Part shown: in pieces, positions 20,457 to 29,572 of the stretch
Layout: each line of letters starts with the position of its first letter
Position numbering within the stretch: position 1 is the first letter of the stretch
Source of the DNA: Minisyncoccota bacterium
GTDB lineage: Bacteria; Patescibacteriota; Minisyncoccia; Phycocordibacterales; JAQTLZ01
Assembly (NCBI GenBank): GCA_028714635.1
Contig: JAQTLZ010000001.1
Span: 15,650 to 79,649 of the forward strand
Reading direction: 5' to 3'
Length of the DNA: 64,000 nt
Notes under the pieces: model-generated
Database searches by the model: none
Seen by the model: only the letters and a program-made list of their open reading frames with translations
Told to the model about the DNA's origin: nothing
Made by a program: the position numbers and the translations under genes

Positions 20457-20983
20457 CTTTCTCTGATTTTTTGACATTCGTCTTTTCGATTCTGACTTTG
20501 GTTGGAATCGTCCTCGTTGTCGTGCTTCTTGTTTTTCTCACCGCCAAAAATACGAGAAATAACAAAGTATTTGCTCACATTGATCAGTATGCGCACCACC
20601 ATGTTTTTTTTGTAGTATTTCTTTCTGTTTTAGGAAGTCTTCTCTATTCAAATGTTATTGGTTTCGAGCCCTGTACGCTCTGTTGGATTCAGCGGATCTT
20701 TATGTATCCGATGCTTGTGCTTCTCATTGTTTCGTTTGTAAGAAATGAATCGAAACTTATGCGTCCCTATCTGCTCTGGCTTTCAGGGCTTGGTGGACTT
20801 GTTGCTGTCTATCAGTACCTTCTTCAGTTTGGAATTGTCCCGAGCGTTGTCTGCAGCGCAACGGCAGTTTCCTGCGCGAAACTTTATGTTCTTGGTTTTG
20901 GCTTTGTGACGATTCCGCTCATGTCGCTCACGGTATTTGCCCTCGTTTTTCTCACCCTCTTGCTTCAAGGCTCTCGAAAATAA
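20453..20983 (+). CDS. Disulfide bond formation protein, DsbB/BdbC family
   Basis: PCTLCWIQRIFMYP and TIPLMS. Confidence 0.9.
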   Translation: MTFSDFLTFVFSILTLVGIVLVVVLLVFLTAKNTRNNKVFAHIDQYAHHHVFFVVFLSVLGSLLYSNVIGFEPCTLCWIQRIFMYPMLVLLIVSFVRNESKLMRPYLLWLSGLGGLVAVYQYLLQFGIVPSVVCSATAVSCAKLYVLGFGFVTIPLMSLTVFALVFLTLLLQGSRK

Positions 20984-20998
20984 GTTTGCGCTCCTTCT

Positions 20999-21460
20999 AT
21001 GAAACGGAAATTGCTTACCGTGTGTCTTTTTCGGAAGGACGGAGAAGTTCTTTTGGGCATGAAGAAGCGTGGGTTTGGTATGGGACGCTGGAATGGGTTT
21101 GGTGGAAAAGTGGAAGTTGGGGAAACTATAGAAGAGGCCGCAATGCGTGAGGTGCTCGAAGAAATTAGCGTTTCCGTTTCTGAGATAGAAAAATTTGCAG
21201 AAATCCTTTTTTCGTTCGAGGGGAAAGAAGAAGTGCTCGATGTTCATTTTTTCAGTGCGTTGAAATGGACAGGGGAACCGAAAGAAAGTGAAGAAATGAA
21301 GCCTAAGTGGTTTCCTGTGGACAAAATTCCGTATAAAAAAATGTGGTCAGATGATGAGTACTGGTTTCCTCTTTTTTTGGCAGGTAAAAAATTCAAAGGC
21401 AAATTCCACTTTGACACGCGGGATAAAGTGTTAGAATATGAGCTCAATGAAGAAAAATAA
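20999..21460 (+). CDS. NUDIX hydrolase, MTH1-like 8-oxo-dGTPase
   Basis: KKRGFG..WNGFGGKVE.GE....AMREVLEE. Confidence 0.9.
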   Translation: MKRKLLTVCLFRKDGEVLLGMKKRGFGMGRWNGFGGKVEVGETIEEAAMREVLEEISVSVSEIEKFAEILFSFEGKEEVLDVHFFSALKWTGEPKESEEMKPKWFPVDKIPYKKMWSDDEYWFPLFLAGKKFKGKFHFDTRDKVLEYELNEEK

Positions 21461-21920
21461 AAAAGAAATTGTAGTTGTGACAAGCGGAGGCTTTGATCCG
21501 CTTCATATCGGCCATATAAGGCTTTTTGAGGAATCAAAAAAACTCGGAGATAAACTTATCATTATCTTAAACAATGATAACTGGCTTTTAAAGAAGAAAG
21601 GCTGTGTTTTTATGCCGGAGACTGAACGGAAAGAGATTATCGAAGCGCTTAGGATGGTTGATGAAGTTGTTCTCACCAAGCATCCAGAAAATCCTAACGA
21701 TATGAGCATTTGTCATATGCTCGAAGAAATTCGTCCGGATATTCTTTCGAAAGGGGGTGATCGCGACCAAAAAGATGCTAATAAAGCGAGCTCTTCCTTA
21801 AATCCAGAACAAAAGCTCTGCAAGCGTCTAGGAATCAAGCTGGTATTCAATGTAGGTCGTGGAGGTAAAGTTCAATCAAGCTCTTGGCTTATAGCGAAGG
21901 TGAAAGATAGTAAGAAATAG
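21447..21920 (+). CDS. Cytidylyltransferase-family protein
   Basis: SGGFDPLHIGH, KGGDR, QSSS. Confidence 0.85.
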   Translation: MKKNKKEIVVVTSGGFDPLHIGHIRLFEESKKLGDKLIIILNNDNWLLKKKGCVFMPETERKEIIEALRMVDEVVLTKHPENPNDMSICHMLEEIRPDILSKGGDRDQKDANKASSSLNPEQKLCKRLGIKLVFNVGRGGKVQSSSWLIAKVKDSKK

Positions 21921-21943
21921 GAATAAAATTTTCGATATTCTGG

Positions 21944-21987
21944 TATACCCCCACACCAACTTCTGAAAAAGTTGGTGTGGGGGTATA
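21944..21987. repeat. Perfect palindrome with 19-bp arms, REP/MITE-like family B
   Basis: TATACCCCCACACCAACTT-N6-AAGTTGGTGTGGGGGTATA. Confidence 0.85.
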
Positions 21988-21996
21988 ATAGGACGC

Positions 21997-22422
21997 ATGC
22001 TCAGCTTCTTCAAGAAAATCCAAAATCTGTTCGATAAATTCGAAGATAAAATCCGTTTTAATTTCAGCAGGCATCCTGTTCCGTATAGTCTCGTGGCGGG
22101 CGTGTTTATTGTTCTTTTTTGGAAAGGAATTGAGGATACAGCCAGCATGTTTCCTTCTATCACTGGCCCGCACCTCATTCTTATCAGTGTGCCGGTACTT
22201 CTCATGACGGGTGTCTTTGTATCCTTCTTTGTCACTGACGGAGTTATTTTGTCAGGACTCAAGAAAGAACAGAAGGTTGTGCAGGAAGCAGAAATACAAA
22301 TTAAAGAAGAAAAAGCCGAAATTAAACAAGAGGATATTCTTTTGAAAAAAGTTGCTGAAAAGCTCGACGAAATCGATAGGGAAGTCCATCATATTGAAGA
22401 ACGTCTCGATAAGCAGAAATAA
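21997..22422 (+). CDS. Hypothetical membrane protein with coiled-coil tail
   Basis: Two TM segments and a charged C-terminus; TATAAT 7 nt upstream of the ATG. Confidence 0.75.
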   Translation: MLSFFKKIQNLFDKFEDKIRFNFSRHPVPYSLVAGVFIVLFWKGIEDTASMFPSITGPHLILISVPVLLMTGVFVSFFVTDGVILSGLKKEQKVVQEAEIQIKEEKAEIKQEDILLKKVAEKLDEIDREVHHIEERLDKQK

Positions 22423-22428
22423 AATGGA

Positions 22429-22508
22429 TCCCGTTAGAAGCAATCAATATTTATATCACATGCTTTATTCTAAACATTATCAATTAATCGAAGGTAGCTT
22501 CTAACGGG
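22429..22508. mobile_element. 80-bp MITE-like element, family C
   Basis: Inverted ends CCCGTTAGAAGC/GCTTCTAACGGG flanked by direct ATGGA (22424-22428, 22509-22513). Confidence 0.75.
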
Positions 22509-23075
22509 ATGGAAAAACTCTCTATACCAGTAATACTTGGAACTGCCCGCGAGGGGCGATGGTCTGAAAAGGTCGCGCATTTGATGTTCAAGGAAATAAA
22601 AAAACGTTCGGAAGTCGATTCCGTGTTTATTGATGTCAAAGATTATATTTTAGGAAAAACGGCGCGATTTGGTTCTGAACAAAATGAGAAAAATGAAGCG
22701 TGGCATGAAGTGGCAGAAAAGGCGGACGGATTTCTTTTTGTTATCCCGGAGTACAATCACTCCTTTCCTGGGGAATTTAAAATGTTCATCGATTCTCTTT
22801 TTAAAGAATACGCGAAAAAACCAGTAGCGATTTGCGGGGTATCGGACGGAGCATTTGGCGGGACGAGAATGATCGACGCGGTAAGGCCGGTTTTAAGTTA
22901 TCTCGGAATGATCCCCGTTAATCCTCCTGTCCAATTTATGAAGGTGAATACGATCTTTGATGCAAGCGGTGTGCTTCTTGACGAATCTTATAATAAAAAA
23001 ATTGCCACGACATTGGACGAGCTTATTCAATACACGAAAGCAATGAAAGAGGTTAGAAAAACCCTAAAAAAATGA
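22509..23075 (+). CDS. NADPH-dependent FMN reductase family protein
   Basis: GTAREGR and PEYNHSFPG..K motifs. Confidence 0.88.
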   Translation: MEKLSIPVILGTAREGRWSEKVAHLMFKEIKKRSEVDSVFIDVKDYILGKTARFGSEQNEKNEAWHEVAEKADGFLFVIPEYNHSFPGEFKMFIDSLFKEYAKKPVAICGVSDGAFGGTRMIDAVRPVLSYLGMIPVNPPVQFMKVNTIFDASGVLLDESYNKKIATTLDELIQYTKAMKEVRKTLKK

Positions 23076-23968
23076 TATTCAAGAAAAAAATCAAAGCAGT
23101 AACGCATAATGGCTATTTTCACGCTGACGACGTGTTCTCGGCCGCGCTACTCCTTATCGTGCTTGGAGAAAATATTTCTTTCACTCGAACACGCAACGAA
23201 AAAGAAATTCAAGACGCTGATTATACTTTTGATGTTGGGGGGGTGTATAATCCGTCGAAACATCGGTACGACCATCATCAAACTGGAGGCGCTGGCAAAA
23301 GAGAAAATGGCATTCCATACGCGGCGTTCGGACTTTTTTGGAAACAATATGGAGAAAAAATGTGCGGCTCTATTGGAGTTGCGGAAAAAATTGAAAAGAA
23401 ATTAGTGATGCCGATTGATGCGAATGATGTTGGCGTTGATATTGTAAAATCAATTTACCCTGAAATTTCTTCTTATACAGTAAACGATATTGTCTCTTCT
23501 TTCAGGCCATCGTGGAAGGAAGACGACGATACTATGGATGCATGCTTTATGGAAGCCGTAAGGTGGGCAAAGACAATTCTTTCTCGAGAAATTAAAAAAG
23601 CAAAAGACGCGGAAGAGGCGCAGCAATTTGTGGAGAAAGCGTACGAGGAAGCGAGCGATAAACGTCTCATTATTCTTTCCAGAAAATACCCATGGGGAGA
23701 TACACTTCGAAAACATCCAGAACCGCTTTTTGTTGTTCAAGAAAATACTATTGATAATACCTGGCGTGCCTACGCTGTTTCGAAAGACAAAAATACCTTT
23801 GAGAATAGGAAAAATTTTCCTGCGAGTTGGGCCGGAAAAAAAGACGCGGAATTGGCTTCGATCACTGGAGTGCCAGATGCGAGATTTTGTCATAATGGGT
23901 TATTTTTAGCAGTTGCAAAATCAAAAGAGGGAGCTCTCAAACTTGCTGATATCGCTCTAAAAAGCTAG
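23072..23968 (+). CDS. MYG1 family hydrolase/exonuclease
   Basis: THNGYFHADD, DVGG, YDHHQ, FCH. Confidence 0.92.
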   Translation: MIFKKKIKAVTHNGYFHADDVFSAALLLIVLGENISFTRTRNEKEIQDADYTFDVGGVYNPSKHRYDHHQTGGAGKRENGIPYAAFGLFWKQYGEKMCGSIGVAEKIEKKLVMPIDANDVGVDIVKSIYPEISSYTVNDIVSSFRPSWKEDDDTMDACFMEAVRWAKTILSREIKKAKDAEEAQQFVEKAYEEASDKRLIILSRKYPWGDTLRKHPEPLFVVQENTIDNTWRAYAVSKDKNTFENRKNFPASWAGKKDAELASITGVPDARFCHNGLFLAVAKSKEGALKLADIALKS

Positions 23969-23980
23969 GCTTGTAGCACT

Positions 23981-25087
23981 ATGGCTTTTATCGACGAAAT
24001 CACGCTTCATATGAAAGCCGGAAAGGGCGGGGACGGCTATGTTGGCTGGCGCAATGAAAAGGGGCGCGAATTCGGCGGGCCTGCAGGAGGGAATGGCGGC
24101 CGCGGAGGCGACGTGTATGTTCGGGGTGTTCGTGATTACACGATTCTTCTCAAATATCGAAATATAAAAGATTTTGCCGCAAAAAATGGTCAGAATGGAA
24201 TGGGAGGAAATGTGTGGGGCAAAAACGGGCAGGATCTCATTTTGGATGTACCGATTGGTTCGGTACTCACTAATGAGACGACTGGAGAAAAATTCGAGGT
24301 GTTGAAAGAGGGCGAGCTCATTTTCCTTTTGAAAGGCGGAAAGGCGGGGCTTGGAAATGCAGAATTTAAAGGACCGAAAAATGTTGCGCCAGAGCAATTC
24401 ACGCTTGGAAATGAAGGGGAGAGGGCAGATTTCTTTCTCGAACTTCAGCTTGTCGTGGATCTCGGGTTTGTCGGATTTCCCAATGCTGGGAAATCATCTC
24501 TTTTGAATGAACTTACCCGAGCGCACGCAAAAGTTGCTGCGTATCAATTTACGACTCTCGAGCCGAACTTGGGAGATTTGCACGGCTACATTCTTGCCGA
24601 TATTCCAGGGCTCATCGAAGGCGCGTCGGAAGGAAAAGGACTTGGTTTTAAATTTTTGCGTCACGTCAATCGCACCAAAGCGATTTTGCATCTCGTTTCT
24701 CTCGAAAATGAAAATATTACGGAAGCGTACAAAACGATTCGCGGAGAACTTGCGACGTATAGCAAGGAGCTTTCGGAAAAGAAAGAAATTTTACTCCTTA
24801 CAAAAACAGATTTGGTAACGCCGGCAGTTTTGAAAAAGAAAATTGCGGAAGCGAAGAAACTCAACAAACTTGTCTTCACGCTTTCAATCATTGATGACAA
24901 ATCTATAAAGGAATTCAAAGATTCGCTCATAAAAATCCTGCGAGAACTCGAAAAAGAATCCGGTGTAAAGAAGAAATCTAAAAAGGAGGAAGATGAAGCT
25001 GTAGTATTTAAAACAGACACGGCCCCCACGAAATTTCTTGAAGAAAGAGCAGAACGAGCGGCGAAAAAAATAAAGGGAAAGAAATAA
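23981..25087 (+). CDS. obgE: GTPase ObgE/CgtA
   Basis: Gly-rich Obg fold; GFPNAGKSS, FTTLEP, DIPGLIEGA, TKTD. Confidence 0.97.
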   Translation: MAFIDEITLHMKAGKGGDGYVGWRNEKGREFGGPAGGNGGRGGDVYVRGVRDYTILLKYRNIKDFAAKNGQNGMGGNVWGKNGQDLILDVPIGSVLTNETTGEKFEVLKEGELIFLLKGGKAGLGNAEFKGPKNVAPEQFTLGNEGERADFFLELQLVVDLGFVGFPNAGKSSLLNELTRAHAKVAAYQFTTLEPNLGDLHGYILADIPGLIEGASEGKGLGFKFLRHVNRTKAILHLVSLENENITEAYKTIRGELATYSKELSEKKEILLLTKTDLVTPAVLKKKIAEAKKLNKLVFTLSIIDDKSIKEFKDSLIKILRELEKESGVKKKSKKEEDEAVVFKTDTAPTKFLEERAERAAKKIKGKK

Positions 25088-25197
25088 TTTTGTATATCTC
25101 TAGGCCGAGTGATATAGTGCAATTGGAACGGCCAAGCCTGTATCGGGTCCTTCGACTCGATCAAGAGGCTCATGCCATAGATAAAGGAGCTTTCTCG

Positions 25198-25953
25198 ATG
25201 CAGAAGGCAACGTTAGAAGAAGCAGGACCAATCCTGAAATTTTTCGAGGATATGTCCAAGGAGGAACTCTGCGAGTTGCGCAAAAGCGGAGCGCTTGCAG
25301 AACTGGTAACTGCGGGAAGGTCGAAGCGGATTTCACCGGATGCGAGGGACAAGATCCGGGGAGCGCTTGGACTTCTTCCTCGCACGTTGAGTCTTTCGGC
25401 ATGCAAACACCCACTCTTCGAGTTGGTGAAGGAGAATATTTTTGTTCCTGAATGCAAGAAGTATACACCGATCACTTGTTTCTTTGGTATGAAGAGCGGT
25501 GTCATGTACGATACCCATCTTCTGCATGATAACCGATTGTGGCCGGGAAAAGAGAAAATTGCTCTTTCCGCCTATGAGGCATGCGTCGAATCCGGAGATT
25601 TAAGACTCGACACCAAAAGTGCGGTAGAAGCGATCATTGGCAAATCATTACCTGGCGATGGGGCCAAAGAATGGCTCTTGGAAAGTGACAAGCTTATGGC
25701 TCTGCCACAGGTTCAGTCTCTGCTCTTACGCGATGACGCGGGGGAGGGACTGCTTCTGGGTCAACGGCCGGATAATGTATATAAAGACGGAAAGAATTTT
25801 TTTCTGGTACGCGGGCCAGAGGATACTGTCATTTCCGTCTGCGTCGGACGGTCAGGAGATTTTAAATTGAAATGGTCTGTAACAAAGCAGGATGGACTCG
25901 GGGGAATTGGCCCGTATTTCCATCATGGTGATTATTTCTGGGTTCCGTCGTAG
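25198..25953 (+). CDS. Hypothetical protein (self-contained cassette)
   Basis: Promoter TTGTAT-N17-TATAGT (25090-25118), SD AAAGGAG before ATG 25198, own terminator. Confidence 0.7.
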   Translation: MQKATLEEAGPILKFFEDMSKEELCELRKSGALAELVTAGRSKRISPDARDKIRGALGLLPRTLSLSACKHPLFELVKENIFVPECKKYTPITCFFGMKSGVMYDTHLLHDNRLWPGKEKIALSAYEACVESGDLRLDTKSAVEAIIGKSLPGDGAKEWLLESDKLMALPQVQSLLLRDDAGEGLLLGQRPDNVYKDGKNFFLVRGPEDTVISVCVGRSGDFKLKWSVTKQDGLGGIGPYFHHGDYFWVPS

Positions 25954-25963
25954 GTGAAAATTT

Positions 25964-26000
25964 GGCGTCGCGCGTACTCGCGCGACGCCTTTTCTTTTTG
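25964..26000 (+). terminator. Intrinsic terminator
   Basis: GGCGTCGCGCG-loop-CGCGCGACGCC followed by a T tract. Confidence 0.85.
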
Positions 26001-26008
26001 TTTCAAAA

Positions 26009-26047
26009 GAGCGTGCAGAAAGAGCAGCAAAAAAATTGAAAAAATAA
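26009..26047 (+). pseudogene. Orphan recoded 3' end of obgE
   Basis: Encodes ERAERAAKKLKK*, against ERAERAAKKIKGKK* in obgE. Differences in the first 9 codons are all synonymous. Confidence 0.8.
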
Positions 26048-26101
26048 ACGACTTCCACTCGGAAGTCGTTTCACTCATGAAATTCTGCGGTCATTTCGGC
26101 A

Positions 26102-26470
26102 CTACATTCTCTGCGTGATAGCAGTGAGTGTCACCTTACGGCATCGAACCATGCCGGTCTTTCTCATCTCCAGCCAGTAAATCACTCCGCTGACCGGGGT
26201 CTGTTTCTCGTCCATGTCGCCACCCCCGGGCCTGACCTCGATATTGAAGGTGCGGAGGTAGTTCCGGATTCCCTTGTTGTTGTAGAGCGAATCGTGCCCC
26301 CATGCGCCTTCTTTGACGAGAGCGTCAATTGCTTCCCGGAGGGGGACCTTCTCAATCGAAATGTGTGCCCCCTGCTCCGCCGTCAAGGCGAACATTTTAT
26401 GGTGGAGACTCGCCGTCACAATGCAGTCTTTTTCGCCCGCGAGACCGCCACCAACCGCTATTTTTCTCAT
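26102..26470 (-). CDS. Hypothetical protein (self-contained cassette)
   Basis: Minus-strand TTGACA-N18-TATAAT at 26516-26545, purine-rich SD, downstream hairpin at 26046-26072. Confidence 0.65.
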   Translation of the reverse strand: MRKIAVGGGLAGEKDCIVTASLHHKMFALTAEQGAHISIEKVPLREAIDALVKEGAWGHDSLYNNKGIRNYLRTFNIEVRPGGGDMDEKQTPVSGVIYWLEMRKTGMVRCRKVTLTAITQRM

Positions 26471-26609
26471 TCCTTTTTTCCTCCTAGTGAACTGGGTTTA
26501 ATTGCACCGGGTCCAATTATATGACATATATTGTGCTATTGTCAAGCACTGTATTTGTTTTCTCAAGTCTCTCTGTTTTTAGGACATATTTTCTGCTATA
26601 GTTTCTCTT

Positions 26610-28058
26610 ATGTCAGAGAAGAAATACTACACAACCGTTGGACTTGAGGTGCATGCTGAACTTAAAACGCAGACCAAAATGTTCTGTAATTCTAAGAACG
26701 ACCCCGACGAGGAACGTCCGAATGTGAATATTTGCCCAGTATGTATGGGGCATCCTGGGACGCTTCCCGTAGTAAACAAAGAAGCTGTGAAGCATGTTTT
26801 GAAAGTTGGTGTCGCTGTCGGCGGAGAACTTGCAGATTTTACTGAATTTGACCGCAAAAATTATTTCTATCCGGATATTCCAAAAGGTTATCAGATTTCT
26901 CAATACAAATATCCGCTTGTTTCTGGTGGGGAACTCGCCGGGGTGAAATTAACACGTGTGCATCTTGAGGAAGATACAGGGACATCCAAACACGAGGAAG
27001 GAGATTTCAGTTTGGTTGATTTTAATCGCGCGGGAGTGCCACTTATGGAACTTGTGACCGAGCCGGTGATTCATTCAGCCGAAGAAGCGACAAATTTCGC
27101 GAAAGAATTGCAACTCCTTTTACGAACTCTCGGTGCAGGCGAAGCGAATATGGAAAAAGGCGAGATGCGCGTTGAAGCGAACATCTCTGTTTCGGACGAC
27201 CCAAAAAAATTTGGTACGAAAGTTGAAGTAAAAAACTTAAATTCATTTCGTTCTGTTGGGCGGGCTATTGAATATGAAGTGGAACGTCATATTCGGATGA
27301 TCGAAAAGGGAGAAAAAATCGAACAAGAGACTCGTGGGTGGGACGAGACAAAAGAGACGACTTACTCACAGCGAAAGAAAGAAGATTCTCACGATTATCG
27401 CTATTTTCCAGACCCAGATATTCCGAAACTTTGGATTTCTGAAATTCCGGAATTTTCTGCTGAAAATCTGAAAAAAGAAATGCCAGAATTGCCGTGGATA
27501 AAACGAGAGAAATATAAAAAATATAAACTCAAACCAGAAGAAATTGAAGTGTCTCTCCAGCACCCCACTTTGGGAGACTATATAGAAGAACTTTCTCGAG
27601 AATTCAAGGAAGATATTGAACATGTGAGGCTCGCGGCGAATTATTTGTACTCGGATATCTTGGGAATTTTGAAATCTGCTACCAAAGCGGGAGAGACTTT
27701 CGATTTTTCGAAATCTGAAAAAATGATTACGCCGAAACAGCTTGCCGAGATCACCAGAATGCTCAAATCCGGAGAAATTTCATCTCGCGGAGCAAAAGAT
27801 ATCTTGGCAGTTATTATGAAAGATGGAGGAGATCCGAAAAAGATTGCAGACGAGAAGGGTTTAATCCAAAAAAGCGACCCGGAAGCGCTGAAAAAAATTA
27901 TTGAGAAAATTATTGCCGATAATCCGAAAGCTGTCTCTGAATACAAAGCCGGTAAGCTCAACAATCTCCAATTTCTCATCGGCCAAGCGATGAAAGAGAC
28001 AAAAGGCTCGGCAAATCCAGCGCTGCTCAAAGAACTTTTTGAAGGTGCACTCAAGTAG
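26610..28058 (+). CDS. gatB: Asp-tRNA(Asn)/Glu-tRNA(Gln) amidotransferase subunit B
   Basis: GLEVHAEL, FDRKNYFYPD, NRAGVPLMELV, VEVKNLNSF, YRYFPDPD. Confidence 0.98.
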   Translation: MSEKKYYTTVGLEVHAELKTQTKMFCNSKNDPDEERPNVNICPVCMGHPGTLPVVNKEAVKHVLKVGVAVGGELADFTEFDRKNYFYPDIPKGYQISQYKYPLVSGGELAGVKLTRVHLEEDTGTSKHEEGDFSLVDFNRAGVPLMELVTEPVIHSAEEATNFAKELQLLLRTLGAGEANMEKGEMRVEANISVSDDPKKFGTKVEVKNLNSFRSVGRAIEYEVERHIRMIEKGEKIEQETRGWDETKETTYSQRKKEDSHDYRYFPDPDIPKLWISEIPEFSAENLKKEMPELPWIKREKYKKYKLKPEEIEVSLQHPTLGDYIEELSREFKEDIEHVRLAANYLYSDILGILKSATKAGETFDFSKSEKMITPKQLAEITRMLKSGEISSRGAKDILAVIMKDGGDPKKIADEKGLIQKSDPEALKKIIEKIIADNPKAVSEYKAGKLNNLQFLIGQAMKETKGSANPALLKELFEGALK

Positions 28059-28125
28059 CTTTCTTTTCACTTTGGGCGTATTCTTTCACGGGAGTAGTTT
28101 TTTCTTTTTTCACTGGAGGTGACAC

Positions 28126-28377
28126 ATGGACACGGACCACCCGAGTTCACATGAACCTTTTCACAGGAGTTGGCCAACGACCGGCTCAATTGCTCACCGT
28201 AGGCCAAACTTTCCGTGGCCACACCGAAGGCGCGAACCTTTGGAGGAACCTGGACCGGCGACCGTGATACCGACACCGGATCGCTGCGGCCGGTGTAGCA
28301 CTGTTTTGACCACGCCACTTCCTGCCACTTGCCCGCACTGTGGCAGAAACCTTGGGATCCAAGGAAAGCACAACTGA
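28126..28377 (+). CDS. Small Pro-rich protein with C-terminal zinc ribbon
   Basis: SD GGAGG; CGRC-x11-CPHCG; terminator at 28391-28420. Confidence 0.55.
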   Translation: MDTDHPSSHEPFHRSWPTTGSIAHRRPNFPWPHRRREPLEEPGPATVIPTPDRCGRCSTVLTTPLPATCPHCGRNLGIQGKHN

Positions 28378-28474
28378 TTGTGAAGACTGCAAGACCGCCG
28401 AAAGACGGTCTTTTTTGTTTCCCGAGAATCTTGCTATAATAACTCTATCTTTTATAAAAAATAATTTTTACTTT

Positions 28475-29512
28475 ATGGCGAAAATTCGAGTTGCGATTAA
28501 TGGGTTTGGCAGAATTGGACGGGCGTTTCTCAAAGTCTCTCTTGAACACAAGGAATTGGAGGTGGTGGCGGTGAATGACCTCACTTCGATCGAAAATATC
28601 GCGTATCTTTTAAAATATGACACTGCATATGGCACTTCGCCGTTTGAAGTGAAAATCAAAGACCCAACGACACTTCTTGTGGCGGGGAAAGAAATCGCCT
28701 ACATTTCCGAAAAAGATGCGACCAAATTACCCTGGAAGGCTCACGACATCGATGTAGTAGTAGAATCCACTGGACTTTTCACAGAATTTGCAAAAGCGAA
28801 AGTGCACCTCGACGCTGGTGCAAAAAAAGTGGTTATTACTGCTCCCGCAAAAGATGAGCCTCTCGCTGACACTCCATCCGGCACGTTCCTTCTTGGAATC
28901 AATAGCGACAAAATTAAATCCTGTTCAATTACCTCGAACGCTTCTTGCACCACAAACGCAGCAAGCCCGCTTATCGCAATCCTTCACGAAACAATTGGAA
29001 TTGAAAAGGCAATTTTGAATACGGTGCATGGATATACTGCGAGCCAGTCTCTCGTTGACGGCCCAAGTAAGAAAGATTTCCGAGAGGGAAGAGCAGCAGC
29101 AATGAACATCGTGCCTTCTTCCACAGGTGCAGCAATTGCTGTGACGAAAGCATTACCAGAGCTCGCTGGGAAATTTGATGGCATATCAGTGCGAGTGCCC
29201 GTCGTTACCGGCTCTATAGTGGACGTAACATTTATTGCAAAACGAAATACGACGAAAGAAGAAATAAACGACATCTTGAAAAAAGCCGCAACTGATAAAC
29301 GATGGTCAAAGACCTTCTCTGTAACAGAAGAACAGCTTGTATCAAGGGACATCGTCGGAAGCCCATTTGCTTCCATTGCCGACCTTAATTTCACCCGAGT
29401 TGTAGACGGAAATTTAGTAAAAGTAATGGCATGGTACGACAACGAAATGGGGTATACGCATACCCTGGTGGAGCATGTGGTACTTGCTGGGAAAGCAGAG
29501 ATTGACCAATGA
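28475..29512 (+). CDS. gap: Type I glyceraldehyde-3-phosphate dehydrogenase
   Basis: INGFGRIGR, ASCTTN, WYDNE. Confidence 0.98.
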   Translation: MAKIRVAINGFGRIGRAFLKVSLEHKELEVVAVNDLTSIENIAYLLKYDTAYGTSPFEVKIKDPTTLLVAGKEIAYISEKDATKLPWKAHDIDVVVESTGLFTEFAKAKVHLDAGAKKVVITAPAKDEPLADTPSGTFLLGINSDKIKSCSITSNASCTTNAASPLIAILHETIGIEKAILNTVHGYTASQSLVDGPSKKDFREGRAAAMNIVPSSTGAAIAVTKALPELAGKFDGISVRVPVVTGSIVDVTFIAKRNTTKEEINDILKKAATDKRWSKTFSVTEEQLVSRDIVGSPFASIADLNFTRVVDGNLVKVMAWYDNEMGYTHTLVEHVVLAGKAEIDQ

Positions 29513-29572
29513 ATTAGTAGCTTCGCTTGTCGGTCGAATTATCAGAATCGCTTTTCGCTATTCGTTCAACAG

